A stretch of 63,184 nucleotides of DNA, filler included, from Kipferlia bialata (taxonomy: Eukaryota): assembly GCA_003568945.1 (NCBI GenBank). It is 3 parts of 3 records of this genome, joined end to end, with 100 filler letters (N's around TTAATTAATTAA, not from the genome) between each part and the next. Parts side by side here need not be neighbours in the genome. Positions count along the whole stretch, not along the records: positions 21,509 to 51,810 come from BDIP01000124.1; 2 more parts are not named here. One strand, given 5' to 3'. How positions within the stretch are numbered: position 1 is the stretch's first letter; the number at the start of each line of letters is the position of its first letter. Under the pieces are notes generated by a model, which saw only the letters and a program-made list of their open reading frames with translations, did not search any database and was not told the origin of the DNA. Made by a program: the position numbers and the translations under genes. Below, one piece after another: positions 39,601 through 51,910 of the stretch.

Positions 39601-42600
39601 CACCTGAGGATGTTCATGGCCACCATCGCTGCATACTGTCTGTACGACGAGTCCCCATCCCACCACGTCCAGTTCGGGATACCCGCATTCATAGCGGTAT
39701 GTACCTGTGGCTTATCTTGACGACAGTTACCTACGCCATACTTACTCTGACTTCTAGGCTGTTGATCTCTTCAATGATGAGATCAACCACTACGAGGGCC
39801 TTCAGATCAAGTTCCTAGCCGATCCTCAGTCGCACTGTCCCATATACGACACACCGGTGAGTCATGAGTGGATATGTAATATGCTGACGTTGTCTGTGCA
39901 CACAACAGAAGTCTGTGGTTCTTAATTCACTGACCCACAGGATATCCTGCCGTACTGATCTGATCATCTACAGTTTAGTGGCACAATAATTATTGTAGAT
40001 TCACGTTTGGAAGTCTCTTGCTAATACTTCTATTCGCTCTTAACCTCAGGATATCCTGCCGTACTCTGATCGGACTGTCGTCTTTGCAAAGGAGATCTTC
40101 CCTCCCACGTCCCAACACCCCAACGACTATGTGGATCACAAGAGGTAGGGGTATACTGGTATCGATATGTTTATACTATAGTGTGATATTGCAATACAGT
40201 GTTTCTTTGTCACCTACACATTCAACATTAGTGCAATTAATGTCATATTCTGCCTCACAAGTGCATATATGTGAAGCATTTCTCTCATCTTTGCCTTACC
40301 CCCAGCGACAACCACGGCAATGTCGTCCTCCGCTATGTTGTTACCAACGTGGGTATTGCCAGCCTGGGTCTACCTAGGTAATTATATTGCCATATGTGTA
40401 TAGACGATTTCAGCATGAACCATGAATTAGTATATCTCTAGAATACTTGTAGAGCACTGAATGAAATACTATACTACCTGGATATATATTTCTCCTTCAT
40501 TGCCTCTGACTGTGCAGGAGCAAGCACTGGCTGAACGTGTGGACCCAGCAGTACCACCAGATGGGTGGTCACTACCCACTAGGTACGACCATAAGTATAC
40601 GTGTATCGTGTAGAAAATTGAACACCCAGCCTTACGCGATAGGCCACTCCTGGTCCAGTGCGTGTGGTACTGGTATCCACCTGGACTGTGGTATGAAGGA
40701 CGGGCGGTTCAGTGACATGACGGTAGATGCATTTAAGGTATATACTGTGTATATGTATGTATATATACTTACTTCCTGTTTAGTATGTATTAGATATATT
40801 ACATTCACTAACCATCAGGTCCGTGCCATGGACCCCAAGGCCACCAGGATGTCCTGGCTGGCCACATATGCAGCAGTCATATTCGCGATGCTCACTATGC
40901 CAGGTATAACATTGCTGTCAACTCTTTCTGTATTGATTGATTGAATAATGGATAAGCAGTCTCTATCTCCATAGCTAACCACCAGGTGGCTTCAAGCCAG
41001 CCACCGAGTCTGACAACATCCTGTCCACTAAGAGCACACTCGGAATGGGAAGGTGGGTCAGCCTGCACTGATATTGTATTGCTATAATATCCAGTATGTT
41101 GACATTCTACTGCTATCATGCCTTGATAGTAACTGACCCCAGGCTTGTGTACTGTCAGGCCCAGGTTGGCAACTGTGTCTCAGTGTTCCAGGAGATCATG
41201 CGGTGCACAGAGGCCAAGGTATGTCGTATGAGATATTGATATGAGTACTATATGTAGAGTATAATGAACTACGGAGATCATGCGGTGCACAGAGGCTAAG
41301 GTATGCTTTTCTTCATATATATTTATATTCTAATTCAGGCCAAGTAGTAATCTTACTGATTCATAAATCTAAAAGTGATAAGAATCGTTGATGATCCTCT
41401 CTCACCCCCAGGCCATGTCGTATATATCCTGTGCCATGGAGCAGCTTGTGGTCAATGACACACCCCTGTGCAACAATGAGTGGAGCCATCCCACGCAGAG
41501 TGAGTACAATTATTATTCTACTTCATATAGATATATAGTGACAAATATTCATTCAAGTGTATCTTCCTAACCCCCAAGACCTTAGAGACACCCTGGAGAG
41601 AGACTATATACGTATAATCAGTAACATCAGTACATTTATATTACATATCATTATAGTATCCAGATACATATATCCCCTAACCCCCAAGCCTCCGTGACAC
41701 CCTGGAGAGTTTATATGTATATTCATTAATATTAATTATAGTTTTATTGCATTATAGTATCCAGTTCCATATACCCCCTAACCCCCCAGACCTTAGAGAC
41801 ACCCTGGAGAGAGAGTTCAAGACTGACATCTCAGACCCGGCCTATGAGAGGTACTTGAGTTGTGGTATCATTTTGATTCAATCATATTCGTGGCTGTTCA
41901 CATGTGTGCGTCTGTACAACTCATAGTCTTGATAGTGCATGAGGACATAAGTATCAATTATATTGTAGTATACCTCCTGCGTATCTCACTCTTAGGACCA
42001 ACAGCCACCATGTATTAATGGTGCAGAGGACCGCTGTGGCCATGGAGGGAGAGAGCGACAGGATGTCATTCGATGCTCCCAGCATAGGGGGAGAGCCCAT
42101 GAGGTATATCACATACGCTGAAATCTAATATATATGCATATATATATATATATATATTGTTGATTCGATGCACCCAGCATAGGGGGAGAGCCAATGAGGT
42201 GGGTATTCTTATGTGGACAGATTGATATGAGTACTTGGACAAGTGTGTGAGAACATGTATCCCCCCCCCCCCTCACCCCAGGGACTCCTATGTGTCCGAG
42301 GACCTCACTGCACTGCATGCAACAGAGACAGGTGTGGGATGTGTATACATGGTCACTAAAATACTGAGTGATACTGTAATATTTGAAGATAGTCATTGAT
42401 ATACTTATAGTGCCCTCACTCCAGGTGCCGCCATGTACTTTGACATGACTACACGTATATATATTATATTCTTGTCTATATAGTACATGTCGATACTTGT
42501 TATTCACTCCAGGCGCCGCCATGTCCTTTGTGATTGAGAATGAGGAGCTCCTACGCAATGCAGGGCGGTGTGTCAGATACGCACTGGAGCTGCGGTGAGT

Positions 42601-43405
42601 ACATATACAGCTCACACTCTACTCCCCCCCCCCCCTCTCTCTAGTCTAACCCTCAGTGCACGTCTGAGCTACAGCTGCCGACACACACTATCTCTCTCTC
42701 TCTATATATATATGTATATGTATATACCATTCTCACCCCCAGTGCCCGTCTCAGCTACACCCTGAGACACCGTCTATATCAGAGACACTTGACATGCTCA
42801 GTGCCCCAGCTATGCAGGGCAATGGCGAGGGTATGAGTATATTTCTTACGCGGTACACATGATTCATCTTACGCGATAGGTCCATGCCCACAGGGGCACT
42901 GCCAAGGCCATCGAGAGGGTGTTTGATCAGTTCCTGGAGGCATACATGGTGGGTGACATTTTGTATATATATATATTTATATGTAATTATCACATTTATA
43001 TGCATATATTACATTTGTATGTATAAGTCTTAGTAACATCAGGACACCCGCCCCCACATGCGTGTTGTTGAGAACGACTGTGCTGAGAACCAGCTCCCAG
43101 AGGTCACAAAGGTGTGTTGTATTCATATGTATATGAGTACTGCATAAGAATTACTCTCTTTCTATCGTCCCCACATAATCCTCTCTTCTTCTATTGTTCT
43201 CTCTCTTACCCCCTAATGTCCCTGATAGCCAGGCTCTTTCTCGCGCTCTCTCTCTCTCTCTCTCTCTTACTCGCTCTCTCTTAACTCCAGGACTACCCTC
43301 TTATGTCCCTGATTGCCTTTGATGGCAAGGGAAGGGGAAGAGGAGGAGACGCATACGCAGTCATCGATGAGGTGAGGTTGAGTATCTCTATATGATGATA
43401 TATAT

Positions 43406-43443
<38 letters not shown>

Positions 43444-44319
43444 GATGTCAACTACCATCAGTATCAGTATCAACTGAATATACTCATTTCAGGTCATCAG
43501 TGGCCATCTTTCCATCCTGAGGCAGCTGTCCCCCCTCATCGACTCTGCCCTCGGGTCTCTGCACCCAGACAGAACACGGGCTGGGGAGAGAGAGGGAGAG
43601 GGAATGGGAGAGAGAGAGAGGGAATACACGCACTGGCCAGCTCCCAGAACTATGGAGGTATATACCTTTTTATCTATGTATATGTATGAACCAATGAGCC
43701 ATGACCAGTGAATATCAGCATGTCTCATATATCATATGTATTAGATATGTGATTTGTGTCAATATGGTCTAATATCCCAGGTTGGAGCTGATTGAGTTAG
43801 CCATCATATAGCATATACATAGTGGGCTACTGAATAGCAGTGTATATTTGATTTGCATGTATTCGTACACTATCTAACGCTAGGTTGGAGGCAGGAATGC
43901 CGAGCTGATTGAGTTGGCCATCCCGGACTGTCTAAGGGAGGCCAAGAGTGTGTATCTGGAGCCAAGGATAGCTAAGAAGAAGAAGATGACAGGTATGGAT
44001 ATGTGTTCCGTTGTGTATGCTGTGTGTATATTCTGACTCCCTAGGTAGAGAGAGGTGCACCTGTTGGGCCAGCAGTCTAGCCTTCACTCTCTTGCTGGGG
44101 CCTCTGCAGGCAGTGCCAGGGGACATCGAGAGCAGGTATATATCACATCATACACACACACATATACATTTGAAAATGCATGGCAATAGTTTAGTATTTA
44201 GTGATTTCAAAAGCCTCACCCCCAGGCTGAACGAGGTTGAGACAGTCGAGTACCACCTGTCCCTCAGGGGCACAGACCAGTACTCTGAGGTGCTGGAGAG
44301 TATGCCAGAGGACGAGTAG
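21643..44319 (+). CDS. RNF213/mysterin-like giant AAA+ ATPase, many dozens of exons (5' part missing)
   Basis: Blocks collinear with RNF213: VLGDPQCGKTHFI...CVHFDVS...LTRLLLTGSVSDPNG...LYLE (AAA2-like); KYQYCLTVPHVLAIL...GHTGT|GKSSL, LFLDEVN..GAMKHLILDRCFNGESL..VVGAVN and VYAVCPLSASLK (AAA3-like); ISECFRFLK..ILSIRSISRC; FPVLLVGHE|GKSLA (AAA4-like); near the C-terminus ELLRNAGRCVRYALE. Stop after ESMPEDE at 44319. Confidence 0.8.
34574..34626 (+). repeat. 26-bp tandem duplication inside an intron
   Basis: TGCGATATCATTTGCAGTCACTTCCC occurs twice in tandem. Confidence 0.9.
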
Positions 44320-44947
44320 AGAGAGGACAAAAACTCAGAATAGAATTCAAATTTGATGAGACAGTGGTACTGGTAGGAAGAGGCACCATTCCCTCCTGGT
44401 CTCTCTCGTACTGGTCAACAACTCCCGCTAAAGCTACCTGTTGGGGGTCCATTGCAGATAACTGGTCAGAAAGTGGAAAGCTGCAGCTAAAAACAGTTTC
44501 TACTGTGAATAGACAGTGGAATTGAACATGGGCCTTGTTCACTTTCACTACTGTATCAAATGACTGCAGAATTTGATTTTAGCTGCAGACAACACTGCAA
44601 AACTCTGGACTGACCCAACACAAAAACTGGACTGGGCTCAATTAAATCTTTGGTGCAGATTTTTATTCTTTTGTTCAATTCTTAATGTCGACGCCAGTAT
44701 AAACTTGCTCTGGTTCAAAATGGAAAGTCAACCCCTAACTCATATTTGATCAAAAAACAAGGAGACAAAATCCTCATGAATTGAAGGTCATCCTCTCATA
44801 GTGACTCTGTAACACAGTGGGCTTCCGTTACTGCGCGTGTATCCTACTACCCCGCTGCATCTACTAGTGTATACATAGTTCCTGTAGTTCCTCTAGTTCC
44901 TCTAGTATCCCCATCCCCCCTGGTTTCCCCCGTACCCCACCTGTGCC

Positions 44948-46006
44948 ATGGACACCCCCTCCATGTCTGAGCTCTCAATGGGAGCCGCAGTATCCTCCGA
45001 GGTAGCCCAGAAGCGCCTCAACGAGCTGTTCCTGGCCTTCCTGTCCTCCCCAGAGATGCTGGGAAGGGTGATGACTGTGGTCGAGGATATCAAGGTATGA
45101 CTATGTGTGTATGTATACCTATAACTGGTGCATGTGGTTGTGTTTCTGATGGATACCAGTATATACATAGATATATATCGATACGCACCTGTGCTTGTGT
45201 ATATGGTACGGTATTGCAAGGTATATGTTGTCAACCACACTGGTACCGTTGTGTTGACCATATACTCTTTGCCCTCCTATCACTAGCTATGAACATATTC
45301 CTTATCCATGTGCATATGACTAACACCCCAGGCTGGCCGTGAGGTGACTGGCTCCCCTGTGCGTGCCGACTCTGCCCTCCGCAGCCCCACCCCCTCCACC
45401 CCACCCACGCCCCTCTCCCCGTCGGGCTCTGTCATGTCCCCCTCCTCCCTCTGCTCCTCCCCCTCCCTGTCCCCCACCATACCATCACCTACTAGGGGGC
45501 TCGAGACATTCGTGTCACTGTCCCCATCACCCGTGCTCGACAGAGAGGTATGTGTTATTATCGTGCTGCTGCACTATGTGTATATGTACCTCCCTAATGC
45601 ATTGGTACTTTACTACTAGCAATTGTGTTATACTACTATGTGGCTTGTATATGTTGTACTTTCCGCATACCCCCCCCCCCCCCCTTTCCCCCCTCACTGG
45701 TAATTTAGTGTGTCTACATATTGTATCTTCCCTCACGTACACATAGTCTCTCAAGGCAGTATTATATTCCTCACCGTAGGTCCAGCACCCCCCCATCTCT
45801 CTGGCTCTCTGTCTCTCTCAATATATATGTATGGATTATAGAGACCTCTAACTCAGGCCAAGCACGTCCCCTCCTCCACCCCCTCTCTCTCCTCCTCCTT
45901 CAGAGAGAGAGAGAGCCAGGGCGAGACAGCCGAGGGCAAGATCCCCAACCTCATGTCCCTCATCGTCAAGCAGGTATTCCTCTCCCTCTCTCTCTCTCTC
46001 TCTCTC

Positions 46007-46051
<45 letters not shown>

Positions 46052-47635
46052 GTCTCTCCATTGTATATACAAAGTGTGCCATGTCGTTCCCCTTGCTGCA
46101 GATTGGAGAAGAAGCTACTCTCTCTCTATCTCTCTCTCCTTCCTATCATGTAGTCCTATTTGTGTTACCAAGTATATATAGATATATCCATACCTGACCT
46201 CCAGCCCGTTGAGCAGCACAGGCTGGAGAAGAGGCTGCTATCGGTGGTACAGGCAGCATTCCCAGAAGGTACAGATGCACCATATATACAGAGTATTATA
46301 TGTGGTTGAATGAAAATGTATATATATATCTTGTATATATATTGAGTTAGCTGTGGTTCAGGCAGCATTCCCAGAAGGTATGCAAATACCGAGTCCCCCC
46401 CCCCACCACCACACCCACACACTATCCCCGTTCCGTTGAGTGTGTACTGGAGTACTCACCCCCTAGGCCTCACCTTCCACTCCCGTCTCCCCTGGCCCCT
46501 TTATCTCTCTGGGTTTGACCACTCGGGACTCGAGGACAACATCGCACAGTCAGGTATGATACACTTCAGCTACATTCCCTCCCTCTCTCTCTCTCTCTCC
46601 CCCCCCCCCCCCCCCCCCCCCCTCCCCTCCCCTTCCTTCACACAGACAATGAGCACAGTATGAGAGAGAGAGGTCTCTTCCTCCATCACTCTCTCTTATT
46701 CCCTCTCTCCCCCCCCCCTCCAATCCCTCCCCCACCCCAGGCCCCCACCTGGTGGATGTGTGGTCCAGGCATATCTTCAGTGGCGGGTGTTCTCTGGACA
46801 CCTTCACAGGGGACACCCTCAACCTGACCCACCTCTATGTCTCAGACATGTTCCTCCTCATGAGTGTGCTCAGAAGGCTGCCCACCGTCAAGCACTTGAT
46901 GCTCGACATGCCCCGTGTCCACAGGTGCGTACTCTCTCTCTCTCTCTCTCTCTCCCTCTCTCTGTCTCTCTCTCTCGCCAAAGTACCCCACCTCCCTTTC
47001 ACTTCCTCTCTCTCTCACACACACCCAACCTGTCCAACCTTCTAGGAAGCGCTTCTTCCGTGGCAACGTGCAGTTTAGCACCCTGCACATCTACAACTCA
47101 GCCGAGGCAGTGGTGCCTACTGCCGCTGTCCCTATCTCCAGTGCCCCAGGGGACAAGTCGTCTCTCTCCACCTCTCTCCTACCACCTATCCGGGAGGAGT
47201 CTGTCGATGCCGCCGAGCCATCCACCCCAAGGTACATACTCGATATATAGTGTGGAGCGTCTCTCCTATCTGTATTCTTCATTACTATATTATTGTATAG
47301 TATGTATCCCTGACCTCCAGGTCCCTCGACCCCGATCACTCTTTCACGCACCACTCCCCTGCCCGCCCCACTGCCCTCACCCACCTTGACACCGACAAGG
47401 CTCAGGCCGGCACAGGCAGTGGCGTCATAGACTCACTGCTCAAGGTGGGTACTACTTCCTCGATTGCAATATTGTTACCCCCCATCACCCCCTAGGTACT
47501 CAAGCTGCGTCTGAAGGAGGACCCCGTCCGCAGGGCCAAGGCCGCCTCCGAGGCTGCCCCTCTCCCCACCCCCACCCTCATTCCTGTAGTGGTGCAGTCT
47601 GACACACTGTCGCTGTTCGAGGGAGGTGAGGGTAT

Positions 47636-47673
<38 letters not shown>

Positions 47674-50600
47674 TGTCTTTCCCTACCCCACTCACCCTCC
47701 AGCTGCGACTGCAGTCCCTATCCGGCCCATCATGCATCTGACACACCCGGCTGGCCTAGTTGGTACGTAACTGTGAGACGATGTGTGTATATGTGCAAGT
47801 ATACATATGCAATTTCCCCCCCCCCCCTCACCCTGCCAGGCATCCACACTGCACAGGTGCTGATGGGCATACCCTTCGAGAGGGTGGACCCGGCACAGCC
47901 CCTGGACCTTCTGGTCACCGTGCCCAAGGTATGCATAGTGCACTCATGCATGTTCTCACTACACACATAGTATAGTATAGTATGATGTAACCTGATCACT
48001 AACACTCCAGGGCGGTGCAGTTCGGCAGGAGTTCACCACGTCCCTCAACGTGAAACAGATCCTGCGAGATGCCGGCATCCACCTCTGCCCCGAGGATCTG
48101 TCTAGGGCCACCCCAGTTGCCAAGGGGAGGTCAGACCCCATTGAGGTTGAGTTCACTAGGGGTAAGGCAGGAGAGAGCATAGTTCCTGTTCCTGATGAGC
48201 TGCCAGGGGAGTGCCACGATGACCTGACCTCTGTACTGTCTGTCTACTTATACAACAACGGGCACCACCACCATGGGCACCAGTCTCTGCACCCCTTCTC
48301 TGTGGTGTCTCTATCTCAGGATGGACATGCAGAGGGGTCTGAGGTGGGGACAGAGACTGCGGCCACGGCCCCTAGCATAGTCACCGTCAACACACAGTGC
48401 TACTACAGCACTCGGGCAGACTCGGATACTGGCAGTAGGGATAGGGAGTTAGATACTGAGGGGTCCCAGTCTGAGTACCTGTCTGTACAAGGGGAGCAAC
48501 GGGCAGAGGGTGTGGAGCATGACCCTGCCCTACCTACCCTGGACACCCTGTCCCCTGTGACCTCCACCACAGACACCCCCGAGGCACACCCCATACCCAC
48601 CCTCCCCTCCTACCTCTCCCTCCACTCCCACTCCCCCACTGCGTCAGAGGGTGCTGAGGTGGGGTCCACCCTCATATCAGAGGGGTCGGAGAGTGGGACA
48701 GAGGTGGTGTGGGAGGAGCAGGAGGACGAAGAGAGAGAGCAAGAGGAGGGGGAGATGGATCCTGTGAGGGAGGCCGACCCCTCTGGTGGACTGTACACCC
48801 ACGGGGGCAGACCGGGGTTCCTGGCCTCGGAGATGCCCCAGGACAACCAGGTGGGGGGTCTTATATGTAACATACTATGTACCATACATACTCTCATTAT
48901 TGGTGTTGTATGTGTGATGATTCCCTGCCTCACCCCCAGGCCCCCACCTACTCCGTGGTGGATGATGACCTGGGTGACGACAGGGGTGCCTCAGTTGTGA
49001 CCCAGGAGACAGAGGGCATACAGCTGAGTGATGCCGACACACAGCCACTAGATAGCATGGGGCAGAGGATATGGCACCTCTATGCAGGTGGGGTAATCAA
49101 TCAATTCTTGACATTCTTTCTATTTCAAATTGTGTGTCTGACATCCAGCTATGCGTGAGAGTCTCAGCTACACCACTGCCACCGATACCCTCAAGGGGTC
49201 GGACACAGACCTGGCGGCAGAGTGCGTGGTGCAGGTGGGGACTAGTATATGGATACTCTGAGTCACAATAGTCTATATTAATGAACTAATGACTATCACT
49301 CTGTTCTTTCCATTTCATTCGCCTCCAACCGTCCCACCCCCAGTCCATCATCAAGGCCCTTCCGGCTGCCGCACTGCAGCGGAGGCGTGCCCTGCTCACC
49401 CAGGGTGGATACAGGTAGAGTAGCACATATGTATATCCTGACTATACCGATATATTAGCTGCCGATACTGACTGTCAGAGAGATGGTGTCTGCCCTCATC
49501 CCCTCTGTGCAGACCCTGGATGGAGAGGCACTGACACCGGAGGGGAGGGCTGCGGCCAGGAGGTCGCTCATGAATAGGTATAAACACGTAGTAGAAAGCA
49601 GTGCCCACTACTCACACACTCACCCTCCAGTGGCGCCTTCCCCCACCCTGCCTTCAGACGCACCCTGGGTGTGACAGGGGGTGACAGGCTGAGCAGTGCC
49701 CTGTGGGAGTGCGGGGTCACAGACCACACCCATGGCAGACAGAGCAGACATGCTGTGCGGGTACAGTGTCTGAGCAGGGTGGAGACCCCGAGGCTATTCA
49801 GCCACACCCAGGTGTGCACTCCACACTCTGACACAAAGGGTGCAGAGGGGAAGGAGGGGAGGGAGGGAGAGGGAGACGGCAAGGGGGGCAAGGACAAGAA
49901 GGGGGAGAAGGGTAGGAAGGGGGATAAGGACAAGTCCAAGGGGGGGAAGCACCCGCCCTCCCCCAACCGCAGCAGAGACACCCAGAGTCAGAGCAGCTAT
50001 GCACCCATGACATCTAGGTCTAGTAGGGCTCCCTTCTTCCCAGAGTCAGACGCGTCCCTCCCTCTGCCACCCCACTCAGTCGCAGAGAGGGAGAGAGAGA
50101 AGGACGGGCAGGGTGTCGAGTCAGACGCCGTCATGTCCCCACCCAAGCAGCCAAGCGGATTGCTAGGAGACCCCTTGCTGAGACTGAGGGACCACTTTGG
50201 ATACAGCTCCTGCTTTGACATGGACCCCGAGAGTGGGTACATATGCATAGGCACCCGGAGTGGCAACATGTACCTGGGGGATGGGTCTGTGCCCCCCCTG
50301 GACTGGTGCCATGGACTGAGTGTGGATAGATCAGCACTGAGTAAGGAGACACAGCACACGCTGAAGAGACCCATTGTGTCCCCCTTCCACCCCGACCACA
50401 TAGTGCCCGTGCCCCACACCTGGACAGGTACCAGGGCCCCAGTGACTGCAGTCACGTGGATGAGGGGTGGGTGCGTGGCAGGGGGTACAGCAGATGGAAA
50501 GGTGTGCCTGGTCAGCAGGGAGCAGATGGTGTATGCCGGTCTGCATGCCTCCCCCCACTCCCGCCCCTCTAGGCCCTTTGTCAGCCGGTATGTGGGGAGC

Positions 50601-51389
50601 AGGTACACCCAGGTCCCCGGTGACACTGCTGTGTCTGCGGCTCTGTCCCACACCCTCGACCTCTCTCTTGCCCTCCTGCCCAAGAGTGGGGGGCACAGAC
50701 ACAGGGTACCGGTATCCTCCCTGGCCGGTCTGGGGTCGGGTCTGTTAGGTGTGTCCCTCTCCGGCCATGCCAGGGTCCCTCTGATCGACACTGTCTCCAT
50801 GAGGGTCACTGGGGAGGTGTCTGTGGGTGATGGTGTGTGGGGTGTGTCCCACATGTCACCCCTCATGCCACCCTCCTCGGACAGGGCTGCCCCTATGCTG
50901 TTGGCAGCTGTCCACAGGGACATGCACCTCTACGACACCCGATCATCCCTCACAAGGCCAGCCCTCTCTGTCCACACCCCTAGACCTGTGACATCCATAG
51001 CCGCCCACCCCACAGGTGCTGCAGTGGCTGTAGGTGCCCTGGATGGCATGGTGGCTGTGTATGACATCAGGGCAGGGACCAAGCTGTACCAGAAGTGCCA
51101 CAGGTCGGTAGGGGACATCCGCAACGAGACGCAGGTTGGGTTTGTGGGTGATAGGGGCAGGAGACTGGCTGTGGGTGGTACCAGAGACAGCTACCTCAGC
51201 ATCTACGACACCCACACCTCCCGCATCTACCTGGAGACAGAGGTGTCCTACGCAGTGGCCCAGGGCGAGACCGGGGGTGTGTGCGGCATCAGACAGATAG
51301 GCAGGCAGGGGGTGTCCTACCACATACCCCTGCTGGTGCAGAACTCAGTCACGGCGGATGTCATCACGTGTGACATATCCTCTCAGTGA
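44948..51389 (+). CDS. Large multi-exon protein with Ser/Pro-rich N-terminus and C-terminal WD40 repeats
   Basis: Starts MDTPSMSELS..KRLNELFLAFLSSPE. Last exon (ORF 49671-51389) has WD-like blades ICIGTRSGNMYL, VTAVTW..VAGGTADGKVCL, MHLYDTR and VTSIAAHPTGAAVAVGALDGMVAVYDIR. Confidence 0.75.
45980..46047. repeat. (CT)n microsatellite, intronic; similar tracts at ~9953-9990, 55795-55835 and 61327-61382
   Basis: Direct inspection. Confidence 0.95.
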
Positions 51390-51810
51390 GGGTACTATTA
51401 ACAATGTAAACAACGCGCTAACTAGTTCAGCGCATATATTCCTTACGCTATCCCATTTCGTAGTCCATGTGTATAGAATAGAGTCAGTACACACAGTAGC
51501 TGTTGTCACTTCCACTTGCCATGATGGAAGTGTGTGTGTGAGCAAAGCAGGTAGAGAGCAATGATGAGTATTCACGACTTTCATGGATGAGGTGCAACAG
51601 TAGGATATAGCCATGATGAGACATAGGTAGTGTGACAATACTATTGTCTTCAGTCTTACCACGGGTGTAGATCCATGAGGGACCATTCTCCCATGTGGTC
51701 ACACAAATTTAACAGCATGGCCTCTCCAAAACACCAGTCAACAGTACTCAATAACCAGTGGGTGTCGAAAGACACCGTTTGGGGTTTGCTGGGAGCAGAA
51801 ACAGGGATGC

Positions 51811-51910
51811 NNNNNNNNNNNNNNNNNNNNNNNNNNNNNNNNNNNNNNNNNNNNTTAATTAATTAANNNNNNNNNNNNNNNNNNNNNNNNNNNNNNNNNN
51901 NNNNNNNNNN
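51811..51910. other. Artificial contig join: N run with TTAATTAATTAA linker
   Basis: Same linker as 21453-21464. Confidence 0.95.

Noticed and set aside
49997..50923. 308-aa antisense ORF and many similar shadow ORFs
   Set aside because: Antisense to GC-rich coding exons; expected from codon bias.
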